Source: an uncultured Gemmatimonadales bacterium (GTDB taxonomy: Bacteria > Gemmatimonadota > Gemmatimonadetes > Longimicrobiales > RSA9). Taken from it: DNA of 64,000 bases. The stretch lies in contig CAWCRS010000009.1 in assembly GCA_963798085.1 (NCBI GenBank), positions 281,869 to 345,868 of the forward strand. The letters run 5' to 3'. A program made the translations under genes and the position numbers. Under the pieces are notes generated by a model. That model was not told where the DNA came from. It saw only the letters and a list, made by a program, of their open reading frames with translations, and did no database searches. Below, in pieces: positions 50,433 through 60,844 of this stretch (positions are counted from its first letter, which is position 1; each line of letters starts with the position of its first letter).

Positions 50433-53075
50433 TCAGCCTGTCGCTTCATCGCCCCTGTCCGAGGCCGCACGCACGCGCGCAGTGAGCTCGCGCTCTTCGC
50501 GCAGTCCTTCGACGGTCGCCTCGGCCTGCCTCAGAAGGAACTGCAGCGAGCCCGCCTTCTCGACCGCGTGATCGATGATGACCTTCTGCGCCTGGATGAC
50601 GGAGAGACTGGATCGTACGTCGACCAGCAACGCCTCGGCGCGGGAAAGGCGAGCCTCCGCTCTGGCCATGTCGCGCTTCCGCTCCTCGAGTGCCGTGGTC
50701 ATTTCGCGCACCTCGCGCAGCTGGCTGACCACTCCGTCGAGCGACCCGCGATTCTCCCGGATTTCCTGCTGCGCCGCCGCGATCGCGCGCACATCGGCAG
50801 TCGTCTTCTCCGCCAGCACGAACATGCGGTCGATATCGGCCTGCAGCGACTCGATCGTGCCCTGCCGTACGGTGAGCTGCTCCAGCGAGCGGGCGATTTC
50901 CTGCTCGACCCGCTCCCATGCGGCGAGCCGATCCTCGAACTGACCGATCCGCTTTTCGAAGAACTGCAGGCCGGAGACGCGATCCTCGAGCCGGGCCGCG
51001 AGCTCTTCGACGTGCGCAGTCTGGCGCTCGGCGGAAGCGAGCGCGTCTGACAGCTTGTTAGACCGCTCGCCGAGCTGCTGCGCGGCGGCGGCGGCCTCCT
51101 GACGCAGCTCGGACGCCTTCTGCAGCTCCTTCGCGGCTTCCTCCACGGCCTGCTGCCGCTGTTCGATCTCCTGGCGCAGCGTGCGCGTGCGCTCGGCAAG
51201 CGTCTCGACCGATTCGCACCGGGCCTCCAGACCCGTGACGTTCTTCGCGATCTCGGCGCTCTGCCGCCCTGCCTGCTGCACGCTGGATACGAGCGAAGCA
51301 ATGCTCTTGCCCAGCCGCTCCGCTTCCCCGGCCTGTGCCCCGAGTCCGACGAAGCGCTGCTCCGCTCCATCCATGCGGGCTCCGAGGTCGCGACCGCGCT
51401 CGTCCAGCGCGCTCGACAGGCTGCCCAGCTCGGTGAGACGTCGGTGCATTTCCTCGACGAACTCGCGCCGTGACTCGATCGCAGCCGTGCCTTCCGTCAC
51501 CCATTGCACCTGCTTCTGCACGGTTGCGACGGTGGGAGCGGACCGGAGCACGTCGGCAATGCGTTCCTGCAACTCGACGACGGAACCGTTCACCGCCTCC
51601 AGCCAGCCGCGCGTGTCCGACTGCTCGCTGCGGAATCGCGCCAGCTCGCTCGCCGCGATCCGCATCTGTTCGAGCGTGTCCTTCACCAGGGCATGGGTGC
51701 CCTGCAGCTGCTCGAGGTCGCGCAACGCAGCCTCGACGGCGGGTCGCGACGCCTCGATTCGCGTCACCCGCTCGACCGTGTCCCTCGAGGTCCGGGCCGT
51801 GTCGTCGAGTTCGCGACGCAGCGTGGCGATCCGGCCGGACTCGACGTCCAGGCGACTGACATCCGTGGCGATGGCCTCCAGGCGAACGGCCAGAGCCTGA
51901 GTCCGGCCGTGGAGCGCCTCCACGGCCTGTCCCGAGTCGGCCATCGTCGCGAAGCGGGTCTCGAAGTCCGAAAGCGCGGCGCGCAGGTCGGCGACGCGCT
52001 GGCTGGCCAGTTCCAGACCTCGCCCCTCGAAATCGAAACGCTCGACGGCTTTCCCGACATCCTCGCGCGCCGCGCCCAGCTCCGCCCGCATCTGACGGAT
52101 CTGCTCGTCGCTCTCCTGCTGCAGCTGCCGGCTCTCGGTCGCACGCTGCGTGACGAGGTCGTGAAGCGACTGCAACCCGGCAAACCCTTCCTTCAGTGCC
52201 GCCAGCGACTTCGCCGTCTCCTGCTGTTTGCGCGCACCGTCATCCAGCTTGCGGATCGCGTAGTCGAGTGCATCGGCGCGCGCGATCGTTCGCTCGATGA
52301 TCTCCTGCTGCGCCTGCAATGCCGAGCTCTTCTGCGTCACGGTGTCGCCCAGCGCCTTCAGCGTGTCGAGGCTGCGCTTCACGTCGTCCGCCGTGCTCTG
52401 GACGCCATCCAGCTCCCTGACCGCCTGCTCGACCTCCGCGACGCGACGCTCCTTCTCGTGCAGCGTCCTGGAGAAATCTTCGTGGCGGCGTTCGATGGCT
52501 TCGATTCTCGATGTCGTGACGTTCTGCGTGTCCGCGACGCGGCCGTGCTGCTCCAGCAACCTCGCGAGCTGGTCGCCCACGCCGCCGATCTGCTTGCGCA
52601 GGCCGTCGGCTTCGCTGCGCAGTTCCTGGAACGGCGATTCCATTTCGAGGAACGGCACGATCTGATCCCGGAGATCCGTCGCCTGATCGAGCTTCCTTGT
52701 CAGATCCTCGAGCAGGGTGCGTGTGCGTTCCGCGTCGCTGCCGGCGTGGGCGAGTTTCGCTTCCAGCTTGCGCTGGTTCTGTCCGAGTCGCTCGGCTCCT
52801 TCATCCAGCGTCTGGTAGAGCTCGCCGATGCGCTCGGCCCTGGCCAGCTGGCCGTCCAGCGCCGCGAGACGCGTCGTGACGGCGTCGACATCGGTTGCCG
52901 CCTTGGCCAGCGGCTCGCCGACATGCTGAACGCGGTCCAGCATCGACTCGGCGTTGCGAACGAGTGATTCGCACTGGCTGCGCTCCTGGCGTATCGCATC
53001 CAGGATCTCGCGCATTTCGTCCGTCAACTCGTCTCTGGAGCTGTTCCCGAGGAATCCTCTGAGGATCGTGGCCAT
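50433..53075 (-). CDS. Long coiled-coil protein (~880 aa)
   Basis: Continuous E/Q/R/L/A heptad-like composition; no Walker A, transmembrane segment or signal peptide; GGAG upstream of the ATG. Confidence 0.8.
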   Translation of the reverse strand: MATILRGFLGNSSRDELTDEMREILDAIRQERSQCESLVRNAESMLDRVQHVGEPLAKAATDVDAVTTRLAALDGQLARAERIGELYQTLDEGAERLGQNQRKLEAKLAHAGSDAERTRTLLEDLTRKLDQATDLRDQIVPFLEMESPFQELRSEADGLRKQIGGVGDQLARLLEQHGRVADTQNVTTSRIEAIERRHEDFSRTLHEKERRVAEVEQAVRELDGVQSTADDVKRSLDTLKALGDTVTQKSSALQAQQEIIERTIARADALDYAIRKLDDGARKQQETAKSLAALKEGFAGLQSLHDLVTQRATESRQLQQESDEQIRQMRAELGAAREDVGKAVERFDFEGRGLELASQRVADLRAALSDFETRFATMADSGQAVEALHGRTQALAVRLEAIATDVSRLDVESGRIATLRRELDDTARTSRDTVERVTRIEASRPAVEAALRDLEQLQGTHALVKDTLEQMRIAASELARFRSEQSDTRGWLEAVNGSVVELQERIADVLRSAPTVATVQKQVQWVTEGTAAIESRREFVEEMHRRLTELGSLSSALDERGRDLGARMDGAEQRFVGLGAQAGEAERLGKSIASLVSSVQQAGRQSAEIAKNVTGLEARCESVETLAERTRTLRQEIEQRQQAVEEAAKELQKASELRQEAAAAAQQLGERSNKLSDALASAERQTAHVEELAARLEDRVSGLQFFEKRIGQFEDRLAAWERVEQEIARSLEQLTVRQGTIESLQADIDRMFVLAEKTTADVRAIAAAQQEIRENRGSLDGVVSQLREVREMTTALEERKRDMARAEARLSRAEALLVDVRSSLSVIQAQKVIIDHAVEKAGSLQFLLRQAEATVEGLREERELTARVRAASDRGDEATG

Positions 53076-53450
53076 GCCGGCATCTCCCTGTAAACGGACT
53101 GTCGTGCCCGGCTCGTGGAACCGGGCTGGCGACACTGCGCGATGCTGTCGGGGCGGTTTTTCGACCTCAGTGAAGGAAGCTGGAAGTCGAAGTCACAGGA
53201 GCGCAGGTGGCAATCGGCGGGCCGTTGCGGATGCACGCGCAGGCCTGTGCGGCACGGCCCGGATTCCCGCACGCAACGACGTCGCCGGACACCGCTCCGG
53301 AACACGCGATGCGCGACCCGCGCGGATTTCGCGACGCCTCGCCCGGCGGACTCCGCTGCCCCGCGGCGCTCGGCAGAAGGCGCCAACAATCTTCAGCGCG
53401 CAGACAAAATCTTCTCAGTTTCCGATCGCTGCGCTTGCTGGATCCGCCGC

Positions 53451-53492
53451 TTGACGCGCGCCGCCGGCGGTGGTACTTTGCAACACGAAGTA
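53451..53492 (+). promoter_or_regulatory. Putative sigma70 promoter with overlapping inverted repeat
   Basis: TTGACG-17bp-TACTTT; TACTT-tgcaacacg-AAGTA overlaps the -10 element. Confidence 0.55.
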
Positions 53493-53564
53493 CTTTCGAT
53501 ATTGCCCGGGTAGCAGCAGGGAGCTGTGGCCGCTGACACTCGTGTCAGCCATCGAGAGACGGTC

Positions 53565-54902
53565 ATGAAGAAAGCGACGATTCTCGGCGAGGCGTTCGCC
53601 GCCTCGTTCCTCACTCTCGTCCTCACCGCGTGCCACCGCGACACTCGGCGAGACGCGGAGTCTGCGGCAGCCACATTGGCTGCAGCAACCCCGACGTCAA
53701 CGGCAATGAACGCCACGGCGACGGCCCGCGACGGCTTCCTCTACGGCCGCATCACCCTGAATGACGGCACCGCGTACGAGGGACGATTGCGCTGGGGCGT
53801 CGACGAGGAGGCGTTGTGGAGCAACTACTTCAACGGCGCCAGGGCGAAGAACGCCTGGGCCGCCCTTGTGCCTCAGGACCAGCTGCCGCGGGAGCATCAG
53901 TCGATTGGCTTCTTCGGGATCGAGCTCGTCGGCTGGCAGAACAAGGTGAACCTCGGCCGGCCCTTCATGGCGCGCTTCGGCGACATCGCGCGCATCGAGC
54001 CGCGCGGCAGGGATCTGCGGGTCATTCTGAAGAGCGGCACTGTGGTTCACCTCGATCGCTACGGCGCCGACGACATGAACGACGGCGTGCGCGTGTGGGA
54101 CCCCAGCCGCGGCGTCGTGGACATCAGCGAATGGCGCATCCGCAGCATCGAGTTTCTTTCTAACACGCAGTTTGGCACGGTTCCGGACCCGCTGTACGGT
54201 ACCGTGCACACCCGGCAGGGGGATTTCACCGGCCTCGTGCAGTGGGACCGCGAGCAGTGCCTCGGCTCCGACGTGCTCCACGGCCGGATCGCCCACGGTG
54301 AGCTGCGCCTGCGTTTCGACAGCATCCGCTCGATCGCGCGCCGCTCGCGCAGCAGCGTCACGGTGACGCTGCTCGACGGCCGCGGGATCGCGATGTCCGG
54401 CACCCGCGCTGTCGGCCAGGGCAACCGCGGGCTCTACGTCGACGACCCGCGCTACGGCCGCGTGCTGGTCTCCTGGGATGCCTTCGAGCGCGTCGACTTC
54501 AGTCCCGGCGGCGGCGCTCCCGGCTACCACGCCTACGCCCCGGGCCGCCCGCTCACGGGCACCGTCACCACCCGCTCCGGCCGCCACCTTGCGGGCCGCC
54601 TGGTCTACGACCTCGACGAGAGCGAGACGACGGAAACGCTCGACGCTCCCTCGCAGGGCGTCGACTACACGATTCCCTTCAGCCGCATCGCGTCGATCCT
54701 GCTGCCCGGCAGGGAAGCGCACAGCGCCCAGCGCGCTAACGTGATGTTAACAACCGGCGAGGTGCTGCCGCTGGAGCTGAGCGGCGACCTGGGCCGGTGG
54801 AATGGCGGCATGCTGATCTTTCTCGCCGGCCGCCAGCGCCCCGAGTACGTGCCCTGGGCGGACGTGCAGCAGGTCGACTTCGACGACGCGCCGGAGAGGT
54901 AG
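53565..54902 (+). CDS. Hypothetical lipoprotein with three internal beta-rich repeats
   Basis: Lipobox LTAC; repeats begin LYGRITLNDG / LYGTVHTRQG / LTGTVTTRSG and end IEF / VDF / VDF. Confidence 0.75.
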   Translation: MKKATILGEAFAASFLTLVLTACHRDTRRDAESAAATLAAATPTSTAMNATATARDGFLYGRITLNDGTAYEGRLRWGVDEEALWSNYFNGARAKNAWAALVPQDQLPREHQSIGFFGIELVGWQNKVNLGRPFMARFGDIARIEPRGRDLRVILKSGTVVHLDRYGADDMNDGVRVWDPSRGVVDISEWRIRSIEFLSNTQFGTVPDPLYGTVHTRQGDFTGLVQWDREQCLGSDVLHGRIAHGELRLRFDSIRSIARRSRSSVTVTLLDGRGIAMSGTRAVGQGNRGLYVDDPRYGRVLVSWDAFERVDFSPGGGAPGYHAYAPGRPLTGTVTTRSGRHLAGRLVYDLDESETTETLDAPSQGVDYTIPFSRIASILLPGREAHSAQRANVMLTTGEVLPLELSGDLGRWNGGMLIFLAGRQRPEYVPWADVQQVDFDDAPER

Positions 54903-54946
54903 CTGCCGAGACGCGATTCGAACCGGCCGCCGCGCCGGTCAAGGCG

Positions 54947-56608
54947 TCAGACGGTGCCGAGGTACTCGTGCACCGCGCTGATCGTTGCCGAACCCTCGCC
55001 CACGGCCGCCGCCACGCGCTTGCCCGAGCCACGCCGGGCGTCGCCCACCGCGAAGATGCCGGGCACGCTGGTCTCGAACAGGAACGGGTCGCGGTCCGCT
55101 GTCCATCCTTTCGGCCGGTGACCGTCCACCAGCACTTCGCGACCGGTCAGGACGAAGCCCTGCGGGTCGAGCGCGACCAGCTCGGCCACCATTTCCGTGC
55201 GCGGCGCGCTGCCGATGAAGATGAAAAGGGCGGCGGCCGGGAGCGTGCGCGTCGCGCCAGTGACAGTGTCCTGGACGTCGATGGCCTCCAGCCGGCCGTT
55301 GCCGCTGACGCTGGCAACAACGGTGTTAGGCAGAACGATGATGTTTGCGGTCTCGCTGATGCGGTCCACGAGGTACTGCGACATGGAAGCGCGCAGGTCG
55401 CCGCCGCGCAGCAGCATGGTCACGGTCCTCGCCTGGCGTGAGAAGAACATCGCGCCCTGTCCCGCCGAGTTCGCGCCGCCCACGACGCAGACGTCCCGGT
55501 CGCGGTAGAGCGGGGCTTCGCTGAGGGCGGACCCGTAGAAGACGCCCGCGCCCACGCGTTCCTCGAGCCCGGGCACCTCGAGGCGCCGGACCTCCATGCC
55601 ACTCGCGATCACGACGGCGTAGCAACTCAACTCGGTGCCGTCGGCCAGCACGACCACGCGGTACGGGTCGTTGCGCCGGACGCGCACGACGTCCTGCGCC
55701 GACAGGATCTCGGCGCCGAACCGCTTCGCCTGGGCGGCTGCGCGGCGGGCGAGCTCCGCGCCCGTCACTCCATCGGGAAAGCCGAGGTAGTTCTCGATGA
55801 ACGAGCTGGTGCCGGCCTGGCCGCCGGGCGCCGCGCGCTCGACGAGCAGTGTCACCAGTCCCTCGGACGCGCCATACACGGCAGCCGCGAGACCGGCCGG
55901 ACCGCCACCCACGATGACGAGGTCGTAGAACTTCTGCCTGGGCCGCGTGTCGAGGTTGGATTTCTCTGCGAGCTGGCGAAAGTCCGGCTGCACCAGGGTT
56001 GTCCCGTCCGGATAGAAGACGACCGGCAGGTGCGACAGGTCCGGATCGATCGTCTCGACGAGCGCGCGCATGGAGGTGTCCGTGTCGACGTCGCACCACA
56101 GGTAGGGAACCTGATTGGCGGACAGGAAGCGCTTGACCGCGTAGGTGGCAGGCGACAACGCCCTGCCCGCCACGCGGATCCCCTCGACGAGCGGTCCCGC
56201 ACTGGCGCTCCATTCGTCGAGCAGCTTGTCAATGTGCGGGTAGAGCAGCTCCTCCGGTGGCTGCCACGGCTTGACGAGGTAGCGGTCCAGCCGGATCTCG
56301 TTGATCGCCGTGACGGCGCTCTGCGTGTCCGCGTATGCCGTGAGCAGAACGCGACGCGCGCCCGGATACATCTCGAGCGCCCGCACGAGGAACTCCGTCC
56401 CTTTCATCTCCGGCATGCGCTCGTCCACGACGAAGAGAGCCACGGGCACGCCGCGTCGCTTCAGCTCGGTGGTGACCTGGAGCGCCTCACCGCCCGACCT
56501 GGCCTTCACGACCTTGTAGTCCCGTCCGTAGCGCCCTCTCAGGTCGCGGCCGACGGCACTCAGGACCTCGGCGTCGTCGTCGACCGCCAGCAGTACCGGC
56601 CGGATCAT
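54947..56608 (-). CDS. Response-regulator receiver fused to a thioredoxin-reductase-like FAD oxidoreductase
   Basis: AVDDD, VVDERMP, LLTAY, YLVKPW; GGGPAGLAAAVY, IENYLGFP, VGGANSAGQ, FETSVPGIFAVGD. Confidence 0.9.
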   Translation of the reverse strand: MIRPVLLAVDDDAEVLSAVGRDLRGRYGRDYKVVKARSGGEALQVTTELKRRGVPVALFVVDERMPEMKGTEFLVRALEMYPGARRVLLTAYADTQSAVTAINEIRLDRYLVKPWQPPEELLYPHIDKLLDEWSASAGPLVEGIRVAGRALSPATYAVKRFLSANQVPYLWCDVDTDTSMRALVETIDPDLSHLPVVFYPDGTTLVQPDFRQLAEKSNLDTRPRQKFYDLVIVGGGPAGLAAAVYGASEGLVTLLVERAAPGGQAGTSSFIENYLGFPDGVTGAELARRAAAQAKRFGAEILSAQDVVRVRRNDPYRVVVLADGTELSCYAVVIASGMEVRRLEVPGLEERVGAGVFYGSALSEAPLYRDRDVCVVGGANSAGQGAMFFSRQARTVTMLLRGGDLRASMSQYLVDRISETANIIVLPNTVVASVSGNGRLEAIDVQDTVTGATRTLPAAALFIFIGSAPRTEMVAELVALDPQGFVLTGREVLVDGHRPKGWTADRDPFLFETSVPGIFAVGDARRGSGKRVAAAVGEGSATISAVHEYLGTV

Positions 56609-58071
56609 GACTCTTGGGCTACGGGCGACGTCGGCTCACCGCTCCGAGCCAGCGGCAGGGTCACGCGGAATTCGGTCCGACCGGGACGGGAGTCGAAGTC
56701 AATGTCCCCGCCGTGACCCCGGACATGCGTCCGTGCGATGTCCAGGCCCAGACCCGTACCCTTGCCCGGCGACTTCGTGGTGAAGAAGGGATCGAAGATC
56801 TTCTCCTGGTGCTCGGGCGCGATGCCCGGGCCGTCGTCGATCACGCGTACCACCAGCACATGGCCCTCGGGCTTGGCGGTGACCGCCACGTGGCCGCCCA
56901 GGTCGACGGCATCGAGCGCATTGTCGAGGACGTTCATCCAGACCTGCTCGAGCTCGCCGCCGATCGCGTGCACACGCGGCAGCGACGGGGCGACGTCGAT
57001 CTTCACGCTCACCGACTTGTCCCTCGCCTTGTGGCCGAGGACCATCACCGTGTCGCGCAACCCCTGCTCCACGTCGATCGCCTCGGACACCGGTGCGCGA
57101 TCCATGTGCGTGAGCCGCTTCATCGCGCTGACCAGGTCCGTGATCTTCGCCGCCGCGCGCTCATTCTCGCGGGCCAGCATGCGCACCATGCAGCCGGCTG
57201 CCGACCAGTCCAGTGCGGCGTCGAGCGCATCGCCTTCCAGGTATCCGGCCAGCTCGTCGAGCGCGTCCAGTGTGACCGCTGTCTCGGCGAGTGCTTCGAC
57301 GGCGCTTTCATCGAGACCGTGCGCCTGGAGCCACCCGGCGATCTCGTCCTCACGGTCGGAACGCTCGAGCGGAGACATCGACACGACCGGCGGCCTGAGC
57401 ATGCACGCGTTGCGCACCCGGTCGACCGCTGCGAGCTGCTCCTCGGTGAGGCCCGCCAGCGCGAGTGCGCGGGCAGCGCGGTCCGCATCCGCCATGCTCG
57501 TCTGCAACAGCAACGCGCTCCTGGCCACGGCCGAGGCCGGATTGTTCAGCTCATGGGCCAGACCCGCGGACAGCTTCCCGAGTGAGACCAGCTTCTCGTC
57601 CTGCAGGTCGCTGGATTTGAATACACGAGTCCGGTCGATCATCACGTGCACACACGCCGCCGTGATGTTCGGGCACTCGCGGATCAGCTCGGGAAAGAAG
57701 CTCGCGGCGAGCTCGAGCGTTTCCACTGCCGTGCTCGCAACGCTGTCGCCCAGTGCGACCTTCATTCGCGAGAACGGGAGCACACCGGTCAGGTCACCCT
57801 CCTGCCAGTCCATGACCCTGCGTGCGCTGCCGCCGCGGTCCACCCAGGTGGAGAAATGCCCGCTCAGGACGACCTCGAGTCCCAGCTTGTCCGACGAGTA
57901 TTCCTCTCCCTTGTGGACGATGATGTCGCCTGGCTCGAACCGGCGCAGGACGGCGCGGGCGGCAAGCCATTCGAGCTCGGCTTCGGGCACGCCGCCGACG
58001 GTGCGGTGCCGGCGGAGGCGTTCGATGATATCGAGAGCAGGCGAGGGGAGCGTGGCGGTCATCTCATCCAT
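56605..58071 (-). CDS. cNMP-binding-domain sensor histidine kinase
   Basis: N-terminal Crp-like domain; AGLAHELNNP, QVWMNVLDNA, DDGPGI, FFTTKSPGKGTGLGL. Confidence 0.9.
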   Translation of the reverse strand: MDEMTATLPSPALDIIERLRRHRTVGGVPEAELEWLAARAVLRRFEPGDIIVHKGEEYSSDKLGLEVVLSGHFSTWVDRGGSARRVMDWQEGDLTGVLPFSRMKVALGDSVASTAVETLELAASFFPELIRECPNITAACVHVMIDRTRVFKSSDLQDEKLVSLGKLSAGLAHELNNPASAVARSALLLQTSMADADRAARALALAGLTEEQLAAVDRVRNACMLRPPVVSMSPLERSDREDEIAGWLQAHGLDESAVEALAETAVTLDALDELAGYLEGDALDAALDWSAAGCMVRMLARENERAAAKITDLVSAMKRLTHMDRAPVSEAIDVEQGLRDTVMVLGHKARDKSVSVKIDVAPSLPRVHAIGGELEQVWMNVLDNALDAVDLGGHVAVTAKPEGHVLVVRVIDDGPGIAPEHQEKIFDPFFTTKSPGKGTGLGLDIARTHVRGHGGDIDFDSRPGRTEFRVTLPLARSGEPTSPVAQES

Positions 58072-58322
58072 TGAGCACCGTGTGCGTTACTGCGAACACG
58101 GCACAAACCTATGGCTTCGACGGTCTGCCGGGCCAGCGGCCGCCCGGGCAGGCGGCGGGCATGCGTCGCACGAGCCCGACACCAATGTCGAAGATACCGG
58201 GCGACCGTGCTGGCGGCGGCGAGCACAGGGTTCAGGCGAGGCAGCTCGCCGTCCATGTAATTCCAGGTCAGGGTCGGTCGGTCACCGGAACCGGATGGCA
58301 GGACCGGTCGTGTGTGGCGTCG

Positions 58323-58721
58323 TCAGAGATGCGCTGCTGGGTGGCCAGCCTGGCGTCGAGTGAAGCTCAATGCCGCTGAGTTGCCTGAACTGTCTGCGAT
58401 CATACCCTTCATGTGGTCCGAATCGAGGACCACACCGCTGTAGGTCTGCGTCAGCCCATAGTCCCGCTGGATGGTTAACGTGATGTTGGGCCGGGCATAG
58501 GAGCCGCTGAGTTGCAGCGTGCCTGACCTGCCGGCCTCGATCGCGTAGGTGCCGCCACCTGAGATCGTACTGCCATCTTGTGTGATCTCGAGCACGAGGC
58601 TGACCCCCGGCACACTGGTGTTTTCGCTCCACGTTCCCTGTACGTCGTCCGGCGGCGCCACAGCGTCGCGGCAGGCAAGGGACGGGAGGCTGAGGAAGAG
58701 GAGCAGGATCGCGGATCGCAT
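58323..58721 (-). CDS. Small hypothetical lipoprotein
   Basis: MRSAILLLFLSLPSLAC lipobox followed by a beta-rich domain (VQGTW...). Confidence 0.65.
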   Translation of the reverse strand: MRSAILLLFLSLPSLACRDAVAPPDDVQGTWSENTSVPGVSLVLEITQDGSTISGGGTYAIEAGRSGTLQLSGSYARPNITLTIQRDYGLTQTYSGVVLDSDHMKGMIADSSGNSAALSFTRRQAGHPAAHL

Positions 58722-59037
58722 GGGCGCATTCCTCCAGTACGGTAGCCCTGGTAATGGGGCAGTCGTCAGCACCGCAGTCCCCGAAGTTCAATGCACGGAG
58801 TCACGAACCGATCTGCCTGGGTAACGCTCGAAGGGGCGCTGCCGTGACCGTCTTCCGGGTCAGCGTTTCCGGGATGACATCGCCGAAGCGATCCAACCTC
58901 AATGTACCAGGCCTTGAGCCGTCTGGAAACGGAACCGGCCTCATCCACCGGTTAACCCGAGGTTAGCGGATGTGCTCGGGCCGTGGTTGCGCCGCGAAAC
59001 GAATCGCAGCAACGAGCTCCGGCGGATCCGGACGCGA

Positions 59038-59628
59038 TCAGCGGGTGTAGGCCTCCAGTATCGCAGCCAGGGCTGAGTACCGTACGAGCCATGACTCCGG
59101 AGACCGCGTCGGGCCCCTGCATTCACTGGCAACAGTCCGCGCGCCAACCGGTTCGTTCATGGCGAGGAGCCGCGCGGCAATGCTTCCAAGGGCAACTGCC
59201 GTTCCGCGGCCGTTGCACGGCGGATTGATGTAACCCGCCGCGTGCAATGCGCTCCAGGCTCTCGCCAACGTTCGCTTTGCCGGCATCTGCTGCTGATTCT
59301 GCAGCTCGGTGTCTGCCACCGTCATGAAAGCCTGCGCTTTGTCAGGTGAAGGCGCCATGGCATCCAGGATCCTCGCAGCTTTCAGTTTCCGGGACGAAGC
59401 GAGATGTTGACGCAAGGCATCCGAAAGCCCCTGCCCCGGAACCAGATTCGTCGCGTCGCGGAACACGCGCAGCCTTGGTTCGCGGGCGACGGTCGGACTG
59501 GCACGCGCCATCTCGATCAGACCCGCCTGCAACGCGGCCGCGATCGGTTCGTCTTCGCGAGCGTAGGAAATGAAGGCGGCGATTGCTGCATTGTCCGCAG
59601 CCGCCGTTTGTGATGTTCGCTCGATCAT
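59038..59628 (-). pseudogene. Truncated TIR-domain protein joined to a helical (TPR-like) tail
   Basis: AFISYAREDEPIAAALQAGL...RVFRDATNLVPGQGLSDALRQHLASSRKL, after which TIR similarity stops abruptly. Confidence 0.6.
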
Positions 59629-59680
59629 TTCGCCAGCTCGTTGCGAAACTGTCGCCAGCGGAAGGATTCCATCAGAAGCT

Positions 59681-60835
59681 TCAGCGCAGCATTGCCCGGA
59701 CGGCAAATGCGACGGCCATGCCTGCGTAATTCCCCGCAGCATTGCCGAGCATGCCGACGGCAATGCCCGGGAGGATCAGGTCGGGCCGGCGTCGCGCGCT
59801 GGCGAGCGCCATTGCGGTCGCGGATCCGCCGACGTTGGCCTGCGATGCGATCGCGAGCAGGTCACCGTTCAGCCGCAGCAGCCGGCCAATGCCGAAGATG
59901 ATGATGCCGTGAATGGCGACCACGCCCGCGGCAAAGTAGAAGATCGATGGTCCGACTTCGACAATGCGCGCGATCACCGACTTCGCGCCGTTGCTGGCGA
60001 GGAAGAGCAGGAGCAGGAAGTTGCCGACGACGACGCTGCCGGCGAAGCGTCGCACATAGGCCACGTGCGCGAGGCCGAGTGCGAGTGTGGTGAGCCAGAG
60101 CACCTTGGGCACCGCGGGCAGCCATCCGGCGAGCAGTTCCGACAGCCAGATGACGCCGAGCGCCACAGTCGCGAGTCCGGCGAAATCCGTCAGCGTCATC
60201 GCGACACCACTGCTGCTCAGCTTCGCCTGCATGGAATCGGGATCGGAAACGGCAGGCTGCGGCGCGGCGGCCGCGCGTGGCGACCCGCCCGACCCGCTTC
60301 GCCGGTCCATCAGCTCCGGGATCACGAGGCAGGCGACGAGCCAGATCGCGGTGATGATGACATCCGCCGCGACGCCGGCCGAGAAGAGGTCGGGACGCGT
60401 GCCCAGCTCCGTGCCCACAGCGGCGAAGTTCATCCCACCACCGATGTACGTGGCAGTGAACTGCCCGGAGAGTTTCCACGTGTCGGGGCCGATCGCCGCG
60501 TGCACGAGCAGCGCCGACACCGCTGCGCCGATCCCCGATCCAACCGCGCCGATGGCGAATGCGACGAGCATCGGCGTGCCCGCGTCGCGGATGGACTTGA
60601 GGTTGACATTGAGCAGAATGAGCACAATGCCGGCGAGCACGCCCTGTCCCATCAGGAAGTCGTAGACGGGGGACGCGCCGGGGATGACACCGGTGTTCGA
60701 CAGCACGAGCGCGACGAGGATGGCGGTGGCGGCCGAGCCGACCTTGGCGAACGCCTTCACGTTCCGCTCGAGCCACAGCGCGACGAGGACGACAGCGGCG
60801 AGCGCGAAGAGCGTGAGTACCGGATTCATGCGCAT
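59681..60835 (-). CDS. DUF819-family membrane protein
   Basis: ATYIGGGMNFAAV, VAADV, IASQANVGGSATAMALA, LGNAAGNYAG. Confidence 0.85.
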   Translation of the reverse strand: MRMNPVLTLFALAAVVLVALWLERNVKAFAKVGSAATAILVALVLSNTGVIPGASPVYDFLMGQGVLAGIVLILLNVNLKSIRDAGTPMLVAFAIGAVGSGIGAAVSALLVHAAIGPDTWKLSGQFTATYIGGGMNFAAVGTELGTRPDLFSAGVAADVIITAIWLVACLVIPELMDRRSGSGGSPRAAAAPQPAVSDPDSMQAKLSSSGVAMTLTDFAGLATVALGVIWLSELLAGWLPAVPKVLWLTTLALGLAHVAYVRRFAGSVVVGNFLLLLFLASNGAKSVIARIVEVGPSIFYFAAGVVAIHGIIIFGIGRLLRLNGDLLAIASQANVGGSATAMALASARRRPDLILPGIAVGMLGNAAGNYAGMAVAFAVRAMLR

Positions 60836-60844
60836 GCGTGATGA

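Noticed and set aside
50433..53075. SMC or methyl-accepting chemotaxis protein
   Set aside because: Lacks Walker A/B, a hinge and the MCP hairpin signature
54900..54935. tRNA 3' remnant or att site (GGTTCGAATC on the - strand)
   Set aside because: The T-stem does not pair, there is no CCA end, and no integrase is nearby
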